Of a stretch of DNA of 64,000 nt, positions 48,687-60,496 are shown one piece after another. The notes below the pieces were generated by a model, which ran no database searches, was not told where the DNA came from, and saw only the letters and a list, made by a program, of their open reading frames with translations. The translations under genes and the position numbers were made by a program. The DNA is from Anolis carolinensis (taxonomy: Eukaryota): contig NC_085841.1 of NCBI RefSeq assembly GCF_035594765.1, forward strand, positions 256,142,689 to 256,206,688, given 5' to 3'. Position 1 is the first letter of the stretch; each line of letters begins with the position of its first letter.

Positions 48687-49684
48687 CTCCAGTATCCAAT
48701 TTTCTGTTAAAGAAGAATGCCCAGAAAAAATCTTTGAATTTTTTGACCTACCCTTCCACCTCCTTTTACAGTGTAATTTAAGTGGTTACTTCAAGACCAG
48801 GGAGGAATTTGCCCTACACACATATACGTTTTTGTTGGGTTTTTTTTTTTTGGGGGGGGGGGTTCTACCTATCCTACACTGTTACAGAGAGGCGGATAAT
48901 GGGCTAGGGGTATTGTTGTTCAAATAGGTTTCCAATGCTTAGGGTTGGGGAAACTGTCATATGGTGATATACCTACAGCCAATCCCATATCACATTTGTT
49001 CCCCCAAATTTGTTTTTTTAAATCACCAAGGAACAAATAGGGAACAGTTGAACAGCTGCCCGTAGTTCATTGCACTTCTGTTGTCTGGTCTCTTTGTTTC
49101 TCTGGTTGGTCAGCAACTAGTCTTAGAGAAATTAGCAAGTGTGAAACAGTAACTTCTGAAAACTTGCTCTTGTCACAAGACATAGTGCTAATGCATTCTT
49201 ACCTCACAATAATGGAATTCTCTCTCTCTTTTTTGGTACCTGAATTTTATTTCCTTATCCATAGTGTCTGCTAAGCACCAATACAGTTTCAATTAAATTT
49301 TATATCTGATAAAAAGGCCTTCAGCTAATTTCATGTGAGTTAATAAGCAAGTCTTCTTTCCAGACTACATTTTCAGATGTCTTATCTCGAATTTTGATCT
49401 CTACCACACATGCTCTGTATTCTGAACATCAGAGTTCTGTGCAGTGAACTGTTGTGTTGTATTATTCTATCCAAACTCCTGTGTGGAGGTGTGTTGAGAA
49501 ACTTCTAGCTGGAAAGTCCTTTTCTCCCTGAATATCTGCATGATGCATTTAGATTTGAAGAAGCTGCTAGATGGTGTGCATATGTTTGTATCTTCACCTT
49601 CATATTCTGAGTTTCAATCCTACTACTTTGCAGTTATTTTAAACATATGACTAGTGGAAACTCTTGAAGATCACAAAAACTATA

Positions 49685-49842
49685 GGTAAAGGTAAAGATA
49701 AAGATAAAGGTTTTCCCCTGACATTAAGTCTAGTCGTGTCCGACTCTGGGTGTTGGTACTCATCTCCATTTCTAAGCCAAAGAGCCAGCGTTGTCTGTAG
49801 ATACCTCCAAGGTCATATGGCTGGCATGACTGGTTTTAAAAG
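49685..49842 (-). mobile_element. 5'-truncated Sauria SINE with templated junction
   Basis: TSD caaaaactata (49674-49684, 49843-49853). Confidence 0.9.
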
Positions 49843-49890
49843 CAAAAACTATAACTGGTTTTAAAAGTAAAGTACATAACCTTGTGGTCT

Positions 49891-50222
49891 GGGAGCTCCC
49901 GGTGGCACAGCGGGTTAAACCGCTGACCTGCTGAACTTGCTGACCAAAAGGTTAGTGGTTTGAATCCCAGGAGCAGAGTGAGCTTCTGCTATTAGCCCCA
50001 GCTTCTGTCAGCCTAGCAGTTTGAAAACATGCAAATATGAATAGATCAATAGGTACTGCTTCTGCGGTAAGGTAACAGCACTCCATGCAGTCATGCCAGC
50101 CACATGACGAGGGTGGTGTCTATGGACAACGCCAGCTCTTCGGCTTAGTATGGAGATGCACACCAACCCCCAGAGTCAGACACGACTAGACATAATGTTA
50201 GGGGAAAACCTTTACCTTTACC
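49891..50222 (+). mobile_element. Sauria SINE, full length
   Basis: 14-bp TSD taaccttgtggtct (49877-49890, 50223-50236). Confidence 0.96.
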
Positions 50223-51069
50223 TAACCTTGTGGTCTACATAAAAGATATATTTCCTCTGAGCGTCTAGGATAAAAAAGGTGTTTAAAGAACACAGTGAAA
50301 ACATAGGCATCAAGAGTTCAGACTGGGAAGTGAAGCATGAACAACATTTAGACAAGTATTTTTTTAGAGCTCATTGGATATGGGATCCATGCAAGAAGAG
50401 CATAACCCATAAATAAAAATTTATGGCACTCGCTGTAGCAGAAGCATTACAGTACTCCATTGTGGAAGTGGAAACTCATTAAAATGGCTCTTGCCAGTTA
50501 TCCTTAGCATCGCGTAGCTTGCTTTTATTTCTATAAACATTTCTTAGCGTCTTGGCCTTATTAATTTTATAACTTTATCCCCCAAAAAGGACACAATAAA
50601 AGCATATTTTCACGGCAGTCTCTCAGGATTTTTTTAAAAACGAGTGGTCATGTCTTTCACTTTTCTTGGACATCGGAGATTTAGGAACTCAAAAATTGCA
50701 TATATTTCTACAATTTAAAATATAATGCTAAAAGTAAAAACTTTAAAGGGGGAAAATCCAGAGGGTTGATAACTCAAGATTTTAAAATAGATTGTAGATG
50801 TAATGCTCATGGCAAGACCCACTGGGTTCACTGACATATCTTACTAGGTGTGCGTAGGATTTAAGCCTTATTCAATAATTAGTGAAGTGCATTAAAATGT
50901 TAGTTTCAGTTCTAGCTAGTGTATAAATGTATAAAGTCAATCTGTCATTCTCTTTATGCTTCACGTATTTAAAGAGATAAGAATATATATTTAAACAGAG
51001 GAAAATAATGTTGGAGGAGATGGTTCTTAGCCAAGTTTCAACCACTCTGAAGTGTCTGATCTTTTAAGG

Positions 51070-51201
51070 CAGTGGTTCCCAACCTTTGGGCCTCCAGGTA
51101 TTTTGGACTTCAGCTCCCACAATTCCTAACAGGTAAGCTGTCTGGGGTTTGTGGGAGTTGTAGTCCAAAACACCTGGAGGTTCAAAGATTGGGAACCACT
51201 G
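51070..51201. mobile_element. Palindromic hAT/Charlie MITE
   Basis: TIR cagtggttcccaac / attgggaaccactg; perfect TSD ttttaagg. Confidence 0.93.
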
Positions 51202-51417
51202 TTTTAAGGGGTTCCACTGTTTTAAGGGGTTCCTCTTTAGCTACCTATGTATATTACTTCAGTTGTGAAGCATCCAACTAACATTTATTTTCTCACCTCC
51301 ACCCCATCTGCCTTCCATTCCTGGCAGCTGCTTTTTTCCATGTTCTCGTCAACTATCTTTTTTTTAAAAAATCTGAAATTGTGGAGCATCACATATTATA
51401 CGTTTTTACAAAGCATA

Positions 51418-51730
51418 AGGTAAAAGTTTTCCCCTGACAAGTCTAGTCGTGCCTGACTCTGGGGGTTAGTGCTCATCTCCATGTCTAAGCTGAAGAGCCG
51501 GCGTTGTCCATAGACACCTCGAAGATCATGTGGCCGACATGACTGCATGGAATGCCATTACCTTCCCGCCAGAGCAGTACCTATTGATCTACTCACATTT
51601 GCATGTTTTCGAACTGCTAGGTTGGCAGAAGCTGGGTCTAACAGCTCCCCTGCTCCCCGGATTTGAATCGCCAACCTTTTGGTCAGCAAGTTCAGGTCAG
51701 CGGTTTAACCCACTGCACCATCAAGGGCTC
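51418..51730 (-). mobile_element. Sauria SINE
   Basis: Reverse full-length copy ending cactgcaccatcaagggctc. Confidence 0.92.
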
Positions 51731-52554
51731 GACTATCAGTATATCCATAATAATATAATGTGGATTTTTGTCAGCTATGATGATGTTAAGAACATTTATG
51801 TGAAAATAAAGAGAAGTTTGTTTTGGGAAATAAAGGAAGCAAGAGAGAAAGAGAGTGAAAATGTGCCAGATGTTTGTATGCATCTCTGTTTTGTGCATCC
51901 CTGTCCAGCCAACCTTGGATTTAAAAATAAGGAAGCATGCTAAAGGGGTTGTCCAAATAGGTGAAAAAGATCACACTCATCTTGTAACAGATGACATTCA
52001 TGGATATCCAAGTCTAATTCAGGTCTTTCTTTTTTTACTCCTGAGGGCTCAAATCTAAGTAAAAAAATATAAATATTTAACTTTTTTTGAAAACCTGGGT
52101 TATTTTGCAAGTGTCTGCAATCCGAGTCTGCTTCAGTGTTGAGCAAGGGGGTGGTGTTTTGGGAGGGTGAGTGGCACAGATAGATGGCAGGTCCCCTGAT
52201 TCTTCCTTCCTGCCATGAAATGCTACTCATTTCCATTTTGCTGGATCAACATTATTTGTGAAATCGCCATTATTTTTTGAAGGTTCATTTCTGCACATAA
52301 TTGCATGTCAGTATTAGCGCACCTCCGTCTAACAGCATTGAAATACCAGCTGTTTTGCTTAATAGGATGTCCAATGTATGTGTAAAATGCATACATATAT
52401 ATATTAGTATGCATGGGGGAAGGAACGTGAATGGCCATGTCTGTGTGACCAGAAATATTGCAGGACCACCCCTTACCACCCAAGTGAGCTCACATAAGGG
52501 AAATGTTTGACTAGTAATACTGTTTTCACTGCAATTTAACAACGATGTATGTGG

Positions 52555-53162
52555 TATTAACATGATCTGTATGGACTAGGAAATCAAGAGCTGAAAGATT
52601 TTTCACCTATATAGGCAACGTTACAGTAAGCTCAGGCCAGACTAGAGGTTTATATCCATGAGCCCCGGTGATGCAATGGGTTAAAAACCTTGTGCCACAA
52701 GGCTTCTGACTTGAAGGTTGGGTTGCTGATCTGAAGGTTGCTGGTTTGAATCCAACCCGGGGAAAGCATGGATGAGCTCCCTCTGTCAGCCCCAGCTCTA
52801 TGCAGGGACGTGAGAGAAGCCTCCCTCAAGGATGGTAAAACATCAAACATCCGGGCGTCCCCTGGGCAACATCCTTGCAGATGGCCAATTCTCTCACACA
52901 AAAAGCAGTTGCAGTTTCTCAAGTCACTACTGACATGAAAAAAATGGATGAGAAAATGTGTTTCAATTTATTTATTAACATGGTCTGTATGGACTAGGAT
53001 ATCAAGAGTTTATCACTTAATCTATTTTTCACCTGTGTAACAGATTTTTTCACCTGTGTAGGCAACATTACAGTAAGGTCAAGCCAGACTAGAGGTTTAC
53101 ATCCATGAACCCCCCCCCCCCCACATCAAAAATGGATGAGAAAATATGTTTCAATTTATTTA
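52555..53162. repeat. Local tandem duplication (one copy SINE-filled)
   Basis: tattaacatg.tctgtatggactagg...ccagactagaggttta.atccatga...aaaaatggatgagaaaat.tgtttcaatttattt present twice (from 52555 and 52973). Confidence 0.9.
52660..52944 (+). mobile_element. tRNA-derived SINE with Vingi-like 3' tail
   Basis: Sauria-like head gagccccggtg..ggtttgaatcc, distinct body, tail gttgcagtttctcaagtcactactgacatgaaaaaaa. Confidence 0.85.
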
Positions 53163-54346
53163 CTACTGGAATTTATCCAGTTTACTCAGAACCACAAAGC
53201 ATTTTAACTAGTCCCATCTAGACATAGAAACTAGTGCCCAACATCCATGTCTTCTTGTTGGTGTTATTCTCAGCAATTGAGATCCTGAGCTCTGTGGCCC
53301 ACTGGACCTGTTGTTTTCTGTTCTTTACCTCTGAGCACTTGAATAATCCCAAAGCAAGGAGGCCATGCCATCATCTTCTGACTTGAGCATAATTTTGGAC
53401 ACTCCTTCACCATTTTCTCTTGGACTTCATAAAGATTAAGTGATAAACAAGAAAAAGTCAGATCTTGCTTTTAAAACTTTTGCAGCTTTTTTGTAACTTC
53501 ATTTGTTTCCATATTATAAATTCTAAAGATTCTTGGCGCTTTGGCAGAAAAATCAATATATAGATGTCCTGTATAATAAATAAACTTTAAAATAGTTCAT
53601 TTTCAGCACCTCCTTAAAACAGACAGGATAGCCACTCACTTCTGTTGTTTCTGTGAAAAGCTGTTAATTGTGAAGGTTTTAAACACAAAAAATAATACCT
53701 GTACAATGAGGGCACTATATAAAAATAAAAATAAGATGAAATCACTAGCCTGGCCAACTGGAAGTTTGTAAAAATCTCCCATGGATAACTTGATTATATT
53801 CCCTTCCTTCTGTGGATGTTGCTATGGTTTCAAGTTTGCTCTCTCGGCATGTTTCTGGCAAGGGTCACAGAATATTTAGCCTGAAATATCACTTGTCCTT
53901 AGTACAAGACCTCAGAGTGCTTTCAGATGTTCTCGAAAGAAAATGGACAATAACTAGCTCCAACTGACCCAGCCTAACAATGCACCCATGAGCAAAGGAA
54001 TGATATTGGCAGTGATCTCCTGTATATCAGGCTAATAATTTCTGCTGGACCTGCCATGGTTCTCATCTTTTAGCATCTACCATTCCTGACATCTTGAGGA
54101 CAGACAGGTTCAATCAGAGACAACAGATATTTATACATCCGCAAGCTGTGAGAGTTATAAATAGCTTTGACCTCATTTTCTTAGAGTGGCCAGAGTGGCT
54201 TTCTGTATGCCTACAGTGAGGAAACAATGGACATGTTTGGAGACAGCTGTCTGGCTGTGTAGTTGGTTAAATTTTGACATGACAACATTATTTTGTCTTT
54301 TTGATGGGTTTCAGATTGCGTTTCACCAAATGTAACAGAAAACTAG

Positions 54347-55366
54347 CAGTGCAGCTACATTTGAGAATTAATGGAATTTGACACCACTTTAACTGCCCTG
54401 GCTCAAGGCTACGGAATCATGGGAGTTGTATTTTATAATGTTTTTAGCTTTCTTTGCCAAAGAGTGCTGGTGCCTCAGTAAACTACAATTCCCAGTATTC
54501 CAAAGCACTGAAAGTGTTGTCAAAATGTTTTAACTCTACAATGTATTGTGGTTCAACTGGATGAAGATGAGGGGCTTGGGGTTTCAGAGCCTGAGAGAAT
54601 GCTGGGACCAGATGCAGCTGAGGAGGGGGAGGGGGAGGGGGGGGTTAGAGAAAGATGCTATGTCTGAGACTCCGTGTGAAAGTAGAAATGTTTTGGAATC
54701 CAACAGCCAGGGAGGTGATCATTTACCTACAAGTGGTCCTGAAAGCATTAGCTCATCCGGGGGAACAGTTGACTTAGATACAGATTCAAGACTGCTTCTG
54801 AGGGGGCAGAGATTCAGGTGCAGAAGATCAGAAAGAATTTGTGTGTGACAGAGAGACAGAAGCAGGGCCCTCAATGTCAGAGGAATGTATTCATGTTTTG
54901 CAGTCCTTAAAGCAGAGAGGGCTCTGTTTGGATTTTAGATCAAGCAATGTCACTATCCATGTGAAGTACTCCAGTCTCATTCCCAGTTCAGGACTTAGCT
55001 CAAGACCCAAGATCCATGCTCATGTTTTGGCTCCTTGTTTCATGGAATATTTTGGAATTCATATTCATGTTTTGCTCCTTGTTTTTTTATTTGCCTTGGG
55101 ATTCATGTTCATGTTTTAAGCCTTGTTTTCTGGATTTCTCCTGCCTTTGGTTTGTTTTCCTGTGTACAGTTTGGCCTGCCTGGCTTATTGCCTGTGAGAT
55201 TTGCCTTCAATATTAACTCTTGGATTTTACCCTTTACTTCCTTCATGGTGTTTATCCTTTTTATATGTTTTCTTAATATACTGTTTTGACTATCATGTTT
55301 GGTTTCTCGGTGGGTGCTGTGAGCAAGGTGAAACCCCACTGAGGGGCAACACAGTGTAGATGCTCT
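54347..55366. mobile_element. PIF/Harbinger-like palindromic MITE split by a solo LTR
   Basis: gtgcagctaca ... tgtagatgctc termini; internal inverted gggagttgta / actacaattccc. Confidence 0.7.
54544..55351 (+). mobile_element. Solo LTR (~808 bp)
   Basis: TATTG (TGTTG mutated) ... CAACA termini; TSD caatg/cagtg; start gatgaagatga..ggggttt resembles the LTR at 35231. Confidence 0.8.
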
Positions 55367-55421
55367 GCATTTGAAGGTGGACTGAACCAGCAGGTGAATT
55401 TCACTTCATTACTAATTATAG

Positions 55422-55553
55422 CAGTGGTTCTCAACCTGTGGGTCCCCAGATGTTTTGGCCTTCAACTCACAGAAATCCTAACAGCTGGTAAACTGGCTGG
55501 GATTTCTGGGAGTTGTAGGCCAAAACACCTGGAGACCCACAGGTTAAGGACCA
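55422..55553. mobile_element. Short palindromic SPIN-type MITE
   Basis: CAGTGGTTCTCAACCTGTGGGTCCCCAG left arm; right TIR decayed; flanks aattatag / gttatag. Confidence 0.88.
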
Positions 55554-56549
55554 GTTATAGGAAGGTGCCCTTGGGGCAAGCAATCTAGTTAAGGAACTGT
55601 AAAATAGACTGTATAAAACTAATGGAGGAATATCAGGATAGTGATGGCTGCCACTTCTGCTCCAACATCAGCCACCTGACTGCCTAATAGTAGGGCCAGT
55701 CCCAAACATGGAACAAATCGGTACTATGTTGAAGCTGCAGAGTTGTTTAGATAAGTTCAGGTTTCAAATGTTGCTTTGAAGCAATTCTAGGGAAGGTTGA
55801 ATTTCATTTTGATAGAGATAAATTACAAAGATAGCCGGGAAAACTAATTGCCTCTCACAAAGAAATTGGAATTAAAGTACTGTGAGAGTTTATCTTGATT
55901 GAGAAGGATGATTCACTGTTCTCCTTTTCCTGACTTCCTAAGGTGGAGTTCCCAGAAAGGCTTTTCCTGTCTTTCAGTGAGATATTTTTCTGCAAACTAG
56001 AAATCTATCATGAAAAGCAGCTGCATTTCACAATAAGGATAATGTGAAAAGTGCAAAAATAATGGCTCTAGTTATCCCTTCTGAACAACACCGGCAGGAA
56101 AGGGAAATGAAATACTGTTAAAAGGAAAGCAGTTCTATTCCACTCATATGTTATAATCTCATTCCAATTTGCAAAACAGTTCCATTCTTTAGAAATACAT
56201 TGGTTGGCAATTTGATTGGAATGCAATAGTATAAAATACAGTATAAACCCAACAGACAACTAAATAGAATTAAGTTGAAACGTGTAGAGCCATAGCTCAG
56301 TACAATACACAGATAACTCAGATAACCCAGGGAAAACTAGCACTAGATGATTAAATGATTCCTAGTAGAGGTTACTGTGTGGATTTCACCAGCTGTTAAA
56401 GCTTTAAAAATACTTTCAGTATATAAACAGTGAAATTTAGAAAGTGACTAGGTTCCTTTCTCAAAAGATTTTCCTTAAAAAATGCTATCACTCATGCAGC
56501 TTCATTTTATGCAGCAGTTGGCCCATTGGAAAGCAGTGAAATCAGACAT

Positions 56550-57810
56550 TTGCTGAAGGAGAATAAAGAAATTGTAGATATGTTGGATGACATTTTTTGA
56601 AAAAAAATGTGTTCATTGTTGAAGACATAAGGGAGATACCAAGGCCTGAACCAATGTTTTCAAGAGCAGAGCTAAAGTAAATAATAGCAAAGAGTTGAAA
56701 TTCAAGGCCTCACTGGGAAACTGCTTTAAAAAGTCCAGAAAATATCCACCTGGGAGTTTCTGAAGAGCTGAAATGAGATCTTCTCTAATTAAATTGCCCC
56801 TCTTCTCATTAAAATATGTAACATGAGCCTAAGATCAACCAATGATCCAAAGAAATGGAAAATGGGCAACATAATATTAGTTTTAAAAAGGAAATGTAAA
56901 GGAGATCCAGAAAACTATAGGTCATTTATCTTAGTATCTGTTGGAGAAAAATTGGTGGAAAATGTTTTTAAGGATAACGTTGTCAGGCACAGAAAAGTCA
57001 AATCCTGCTGGAGAGAGAAGCAACATGGATCCGGTTCCCAACCCGTGGGCCATGGCCCAGCAGTGGGCTGTGAGAACAAAAATCCGGTCCGTGAACCACC
57101 TTCCTCTTTATTTATTTTATTTTATTAATTTTATTTCCGCTCCTTTCCACAGAGCTGACCATTGCATTGGATAGACAACATCAGTTCTAGATTATTAATT
57201 ATAGTTTTCTGTGGGCGAGCAGATGGCGACTACTGGATAGCATATGTTCTGTAACAGAAACTAGAGCTGATGTGGTCTATCCAATGCAATTTACTGGATC
57301 AGTATCCGGATAACCAAACAGAATTTAAAGTGAACCAAAAACTGATTCATAACCTTTTTGGTACTGATGCTGGAGAGTGGGCCCTGGTCAAAGTGGGTCT
57401 TGGTCAAAGGGGACCCTGGTTAAGTGGTCCCCGGTCAAGTGGTCTCTGGTAAAAAAAGTTGGGAACCATTGCTCCAAAGGGAAGTCCTGTTTTGTTTACT
57501 TTTTAAAGTTTTTCCAAAGGTCTGCAGTGATCCTGTAAATGTTGTATATTTGGACTTCCCAAGTGCTTTCTTAAAGCCCCATCAAAGACTCTTGAAAAAC
57601 TCAGTCATTAGATAAAAGAAGTTTGCTTATGGATTGAAAACAGGTTAAAGAAGAGGAAGCAGGAGGCAAAGAGGAAGAATTATCAACTCTCACAATTGAG
57701 TGATATGAGCAATGGGGCCCTCCAGAGATTGTTGTCTTTTAACTTGTTCATAAAGCCTAGAGCTAGGGATGAGACGCATCCACATTTATGGATGGTGCAG
57801 AATTATTTAC
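56550..57810 (+). mobile_element. Old CR1 ORF2 (RT N-terminal) remnant
   Basis: KGDPENYR..ILVSVGEKLVE, QHG, VNVVYLDF..AF..PHQRLLK motifs in shifted frames. Confidence 0.82.
57029..57471. mobile_element. hAT/Charlie non-autonomous element inside the CR1
   Basis: ccggttcccaacc / gttgggaaccattg; five subterminal ggtccctggtcaa-type repeats at ~57378-57450. Confidence 0.8.
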
Positions 57811-58552
57811 AGCAATGTATCTTGAGCTGCTGAATTGGAGGACTCTGGTTGTTTATTTCAGTCACATATTTGTGAGTGTATGTTTGTACACACACTATAT
57901 AATAAACATTTACTTGCCAGCCTCACATTTATGGTACTAGTTATTTTATAGTGCAAGGGAATGTGCTGTGACATTTCATAGCAAAGAAACAACAGGAAGA
58001 GTGTGGATGCCAACTAAAGGGCCTTTCAAATTTGAAAATCCAGAATGGAGGCAGTATGTCAGTTCTTGGTCTTTCCTTTTCTTGTTTTGTGTATCTCACA
58101 CATACTTGAATCCATACTTGTAAACAAAGTAGAGTGGGACTGGAATTTGACTTGCTTTTTTCCAATCCAGTTCTTGTCCTTTCAACCAAACAGAAACAAC
58201 GCAATGAAAAGAAAGCTTCAGCTTCTGGAAACTCCCAAAAAGCTACCTGCTTTAGAAGGTCAAAGAATGCTCTGGACTGGAAAATTGTTCAGTGTATTTG
58301 GTGTAAAATAGTGCAAACAGAAGGATGACACTGCCTTGTCTCGATTAACCTTCATAAGCAGCATTGCTCTGACAGTAGACATTGTTGACTCCTACTAGAA
58401 GGAATTCTTGTTTCTTCCATGAGGTCCTTCTCCTCTATTACATGGGTCTTTCAGTAGTAAAGGGGCCACCAGAGAGAAGTAGACTTTGAAATCTTTGGAC
58501 TTCAACTCCCATTGGCCATGTTAGGAGGCAGTGATGGGAACTGAAATCCAAA

Positions 58553-58555
<3 letters not shown>

Positions 58556-58602
<47 letters not shown>

Positions 58603-58632
58603 CAACAACAACAACAACAATAACAATAATAA
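58556..58632. repeat. (AAT)n(AAC)n microsatellite
   Basis: Direct reading; serves as the tail of an adjacent L2 remnant. Confidence 0.96.
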
Positions 58633-59100
58633 TATTTATTTATATTCCGTTTTATCTCCCCGAGGGGACTCAGAGCAGATTACAGGTACATATATATAGC
58701 AAACATTCAATGCCATTCAATTCACAAAACAGAAAAAAAAGCTTTCCTCTTTTTCCATCTCTGGCATCTGGAGGCTGTGATTGACTCAGCCATGGAAAGG
58801 TGCTGTTATTTCATTTTTTCATGCAAAGAAGCCCATCATCCATTGATGCCTTTCTGATTGAATTTTGCTTGTATTTATTTATTTATTTATTTGCCTTATT
58901 TCTACCCCACCTTTCTCTACCCTGAAGGGGACTCAAGGCAGCTTACATATGGCAACCATTCGATGACTTAAAAATACATATAGCAGAGACTAAAAGATCA
59001 ATTAAAATTTAAAATTAATACACAATAAACATTTAAAAACATCACATTCAAAATAAAAATAATATCATCCAAAAATCGTGATTGAAGGCCATTCCGTTGT
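58633..59100 (-). mobile_element. Two L2 3' tail remnants
   Basis: atctccccgaggggactcagagcagattaca (~58653) and tttctctaccctgaaggggactcaaggcagcttaca (~58912). Confidence 0.65.
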
Positions 59101-59139
59101 CAATTATACATTATACCTTATACCGTATGTTTTTCAGGG

Positions 59140-59320
59140 GAGCCTTATACTTCTCCACCAAAGTGGTACCTATTTATCTACTCACATTTCAAACTGCTGG
59201 GTAACCAGAAGCTGGGGCTAATGGCGGGAGTTCACCCCACTCATGGCATGAACTGCCAACCTTTTGGTGAGCAAGACTTTCTGTTGCTGGCGGTTTAACC
59301 TGCTGTGCTAGCCGTGGCCC
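59140..59320 (-). mobile_element. Decayed Sauria SINE
   Basis: gtacctatttatctactcacattt..agaagctggggctaatggcgggag..cggtttaacc. Confidence 0.75.
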
Positions 59321-59998
59321 AAAAAGAAGACCTGCTCTTCATTTACTCAAGTATACATAATCATCCTGTGATATCCTGCTGTCTTATGACAAAGGAAGTC
59401 CTATCTCACTTGTTTCAGCACTCGTGACAGAATCGTCACCAAATCTGATTTCAGCATAGCACACACTAGCTTTTCTGCCTTTGAAGAAGTTGCTAACACT
59501 CCTCATCTACTGCCTGAGGTAGCTGCCTCATTCTACCTAATGGTAGAATTAACTGCCTTTTTAGCACATCTTAGCATATTGTGCAGTTCTGTGTTGCAGC
59601 ACTTTAATATTCCCCATGGTATCACTGACAGACAGAAACAGAGATTTGAACCAAATTTTCCATGTCGCTACGCCCACCCCCCTTGTGATACTGCAACCCC
59701 AAGCAAATGCCACATTGAAAATTGATGTATCCCCTAATCAACAGACCTTTTCCATCTGCACGTGGAGAACTCTCTCTCTCTTAATCTGTCTGTCCAAGTG
59801 TAGGTAAAAACCAATTGTTTTACTAATGGAGCAAAATTAAATTCAGAAATGAAAGAATAGCTACCTCTGTATTCATCTTATTTCTCTTTTTTGCTGCCAT
59901 ATTTTAAACTTCATTTCTGCAGTGTTCGGTGCTGGACAGTTCCTTCCCCTCTGGAAGAACACGAATGTGCTAAAAGGTTTTAAAAGCCTATGTTATTA

Positions 59999-60320
59999 CA
60001 GTAGAGTCTCACTTATCCAACACTTGCTTATCCAACGTTCTGGATTATCCAACGCATTTTTGGAGTCAATGTTTTCAATATATCGTGATATTTTGGTGCT
60101 AAATTCATAAATACAGTAATTACTACATAGCATTACTGCGTATTGAACTATTTTTTCTGCCAAAATTGTTGTCTAACATGATGTTTGGTGCTTCATTTGT
60201 AAAATCATAACCTAATTTGATGTTTAATAGGCTTTTCCTTAATGCCTTCTTATTATCCAACATATTCGCTTATCCAACATTCTGCCAGCCCATTTATGTT
60301 GGATAAGTGAGTCTCTACTG
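59999..60320. mobile_element. Tigger-like MITE (same family as 17390-17716, opposite orientation)
   Basis: TA|CAGTAGAGTCTCACTTATCCAA ... TTGGATAAGTGAGTCTCTACTG|TA. Confidence 0.95.
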
Positions 60321-60496
60321 TATGTGTAAAAGTTGCTTATTCATGTTTAGTAGAATAATTAGCTATTATTTGTCCAACATACTAAGTAGCTATATTCAGC
60401 AAGCCATTGGCATATGCTAGTGTTTCTTTCCAGGGACACACTTCCAATGAATAACAAAACTGTGAATGTTCAAGTCCCATTATATACAATGGCATT

